Below, piece by piece: positions 59,801-60,494 of a DNA stretch of 60,494 nt (positions within the stretch are counted from its first letter, which is position 1; each line of letters starts with the position of its first letter). Both the position numbers and the translations under genes were made by a program. The notes under the pieces are model-generated. The model had not been told where the DNA came from and ran no database searches. It saw nothing but the letters and a program-made list of their open reading frames with translations. The stretch lies in IMG/VR virus record IMGVR_UViG_3300045837_000032, positions 1 to 60,494 of that record; one strand, written 5' to 3'. This DNA comes from a virus (Duplodnaviria > Caudoviricetes).

Positions 59801-59893
59801 TCAGGGTGAACGCAACTCGCCACGCTGGGCTATCTGGCTGACAGAGAGCTACCATTCGGCCATCCTGGTTGATCTTAGGTGGGGTGACCAGCG

Positions 59894-60494
59894 GTGGGTG
59901 ATGTCACGCGACTATCAGACCGGTCGCGTCCTGCGGATGAGACGGGCGCCTGTACGCACCCGTCCGAGCGTGACGCGCGGTACTGCCACGGGCGCAAGCG
60001 CCAGGGCGCCGGGTTGTGTCACCGGCCGGCCGGGGAGGGGACTCCGCACTCCGGCATCGGCCGCTGCAAGCGCCACGGGGGCAGCCTGCCCAACGTCGTC
60101 AAGCATGACCTGGCCGCCCTGGCGCACCAGCGGGCCACCAAGGAGCTGGCCCAGCTCAACGCCGACGCCACGCCCGTGGACAACCCGCTGGCCGTCCTGG
60201 CCTCGCTGGCCGGGGAGGCGGTGCGCTGGAAAGACATCCTGGCCGCGCACGTCGCGGAGCTGAACAGCCTGCGGTACACGGTGCGCCCGACGGTGCAGTG
60301 CCCGGAATGCGAACACACGTTCCGCCCGGAGCACGCGGTGGGCACCGGGGAGCAGATCCGGGGTGAAGTGCTCCTGTACGAGCGGTCGCTGACCGACCTG
60401 GGCCGGTTGCTGGTGGCCATTGGCCGGCTCAACCTGGACGACCGGCTGGCGCGGATAGATGACCGGCTGGCGGACATCATCGTGCGGTCCGTGG
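59894..60494 (+). CDS. Terminase small subunit, 5' part (continues across the join to base 219)
   Basis: GTG at 59894 opens a frame (MGDVTRLS...RYCHGRKR...GIGRCKRHGGSLP...) that runs into ORF 1..219. It has an HGGxSTG-like Zn motif and lies directly upstream of TerL with an ATGA overlap. Confidence 0.75.
   Translation, partial: MGDVTRLSDRSRPADETGACTHPSERDARYCHGRKRQGAGLCHRPAGEGTPHSGIGRCKRHGGSLPNVVKHDLAALAHQRATKELAQLNADATPVDNPLAVLASLAGEAVRWKDILAAHVAELNSLRYTVRPTVQCPECEHTFRPEHAVGTGEQIRGEVLLYERSLTDLGRLLVAIGRLNLDDRLARIDDRLADIIVRSV
60368..60494. repeat. Terminal direct repeat, copy 2
   Basis: Identical to 1-127; 127 nt is a common assembler k-mer length. Confidence 0.95.

Noticed and set aside
60368-60494. 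127-bp terminal repeat as a biological direct terminal repeat
   Set aside because: The length matches a common assembler k-mer and the repeat falls mid-gene, so it is best read as a circular overlap.

Overview
This window looks like a complete, circular-mapping genome of a high-GC tailed siphovirus of an actinomycete. It has 60,367 unique bp; bases 1-127 recur as 60368-60494, which is typical of an assembler overlap. The virion genes are a HGGxSTG-type small terminase spanning the join, large terminase, portal fused to a MuF-like domain, capsid maturation protease, two capsid proteins of the hexamer/pentamer type, an Ig-tailed major tail protein, a frameshifting tail chaperone, tape measure and minor tails. 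They are split into several blocks by runs of small early genes. Replication and recombination genes are an HTH initiator with internal iteron-like repeats, a DnaB-N/AAA helicase, ERF, SSB, two RusA-like proteins and two HNH-like proteins. No integrase or ParA is visible. The most unusual elements are as follows. (1) A 58-aa ORF missing from the ORF track (14443-14619) made of two RHIM/BASS-like amyloid-motif repeats, a candidate decoy against amyloid-signalling defence. It lies between two 84-nt tRNA-like RNAs whose anticodon arms are expanded and carry a covarying palindrome. (2) An actinomycete-plasmid TraB/Spd DNA-transfer operon with clt-like repeats inside its coding sequence. (3) About 13 copies of a palindromic promoter/operator, many driving leaderless genes, with a tandem ribbon-helix-helix protein as candidate regulator. 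(4) A symmetric, helically phased GATC array. (5) An apparent AUC start codon for the tape measure gene. All family assignments come from reading motifs by eye, not from database searches.
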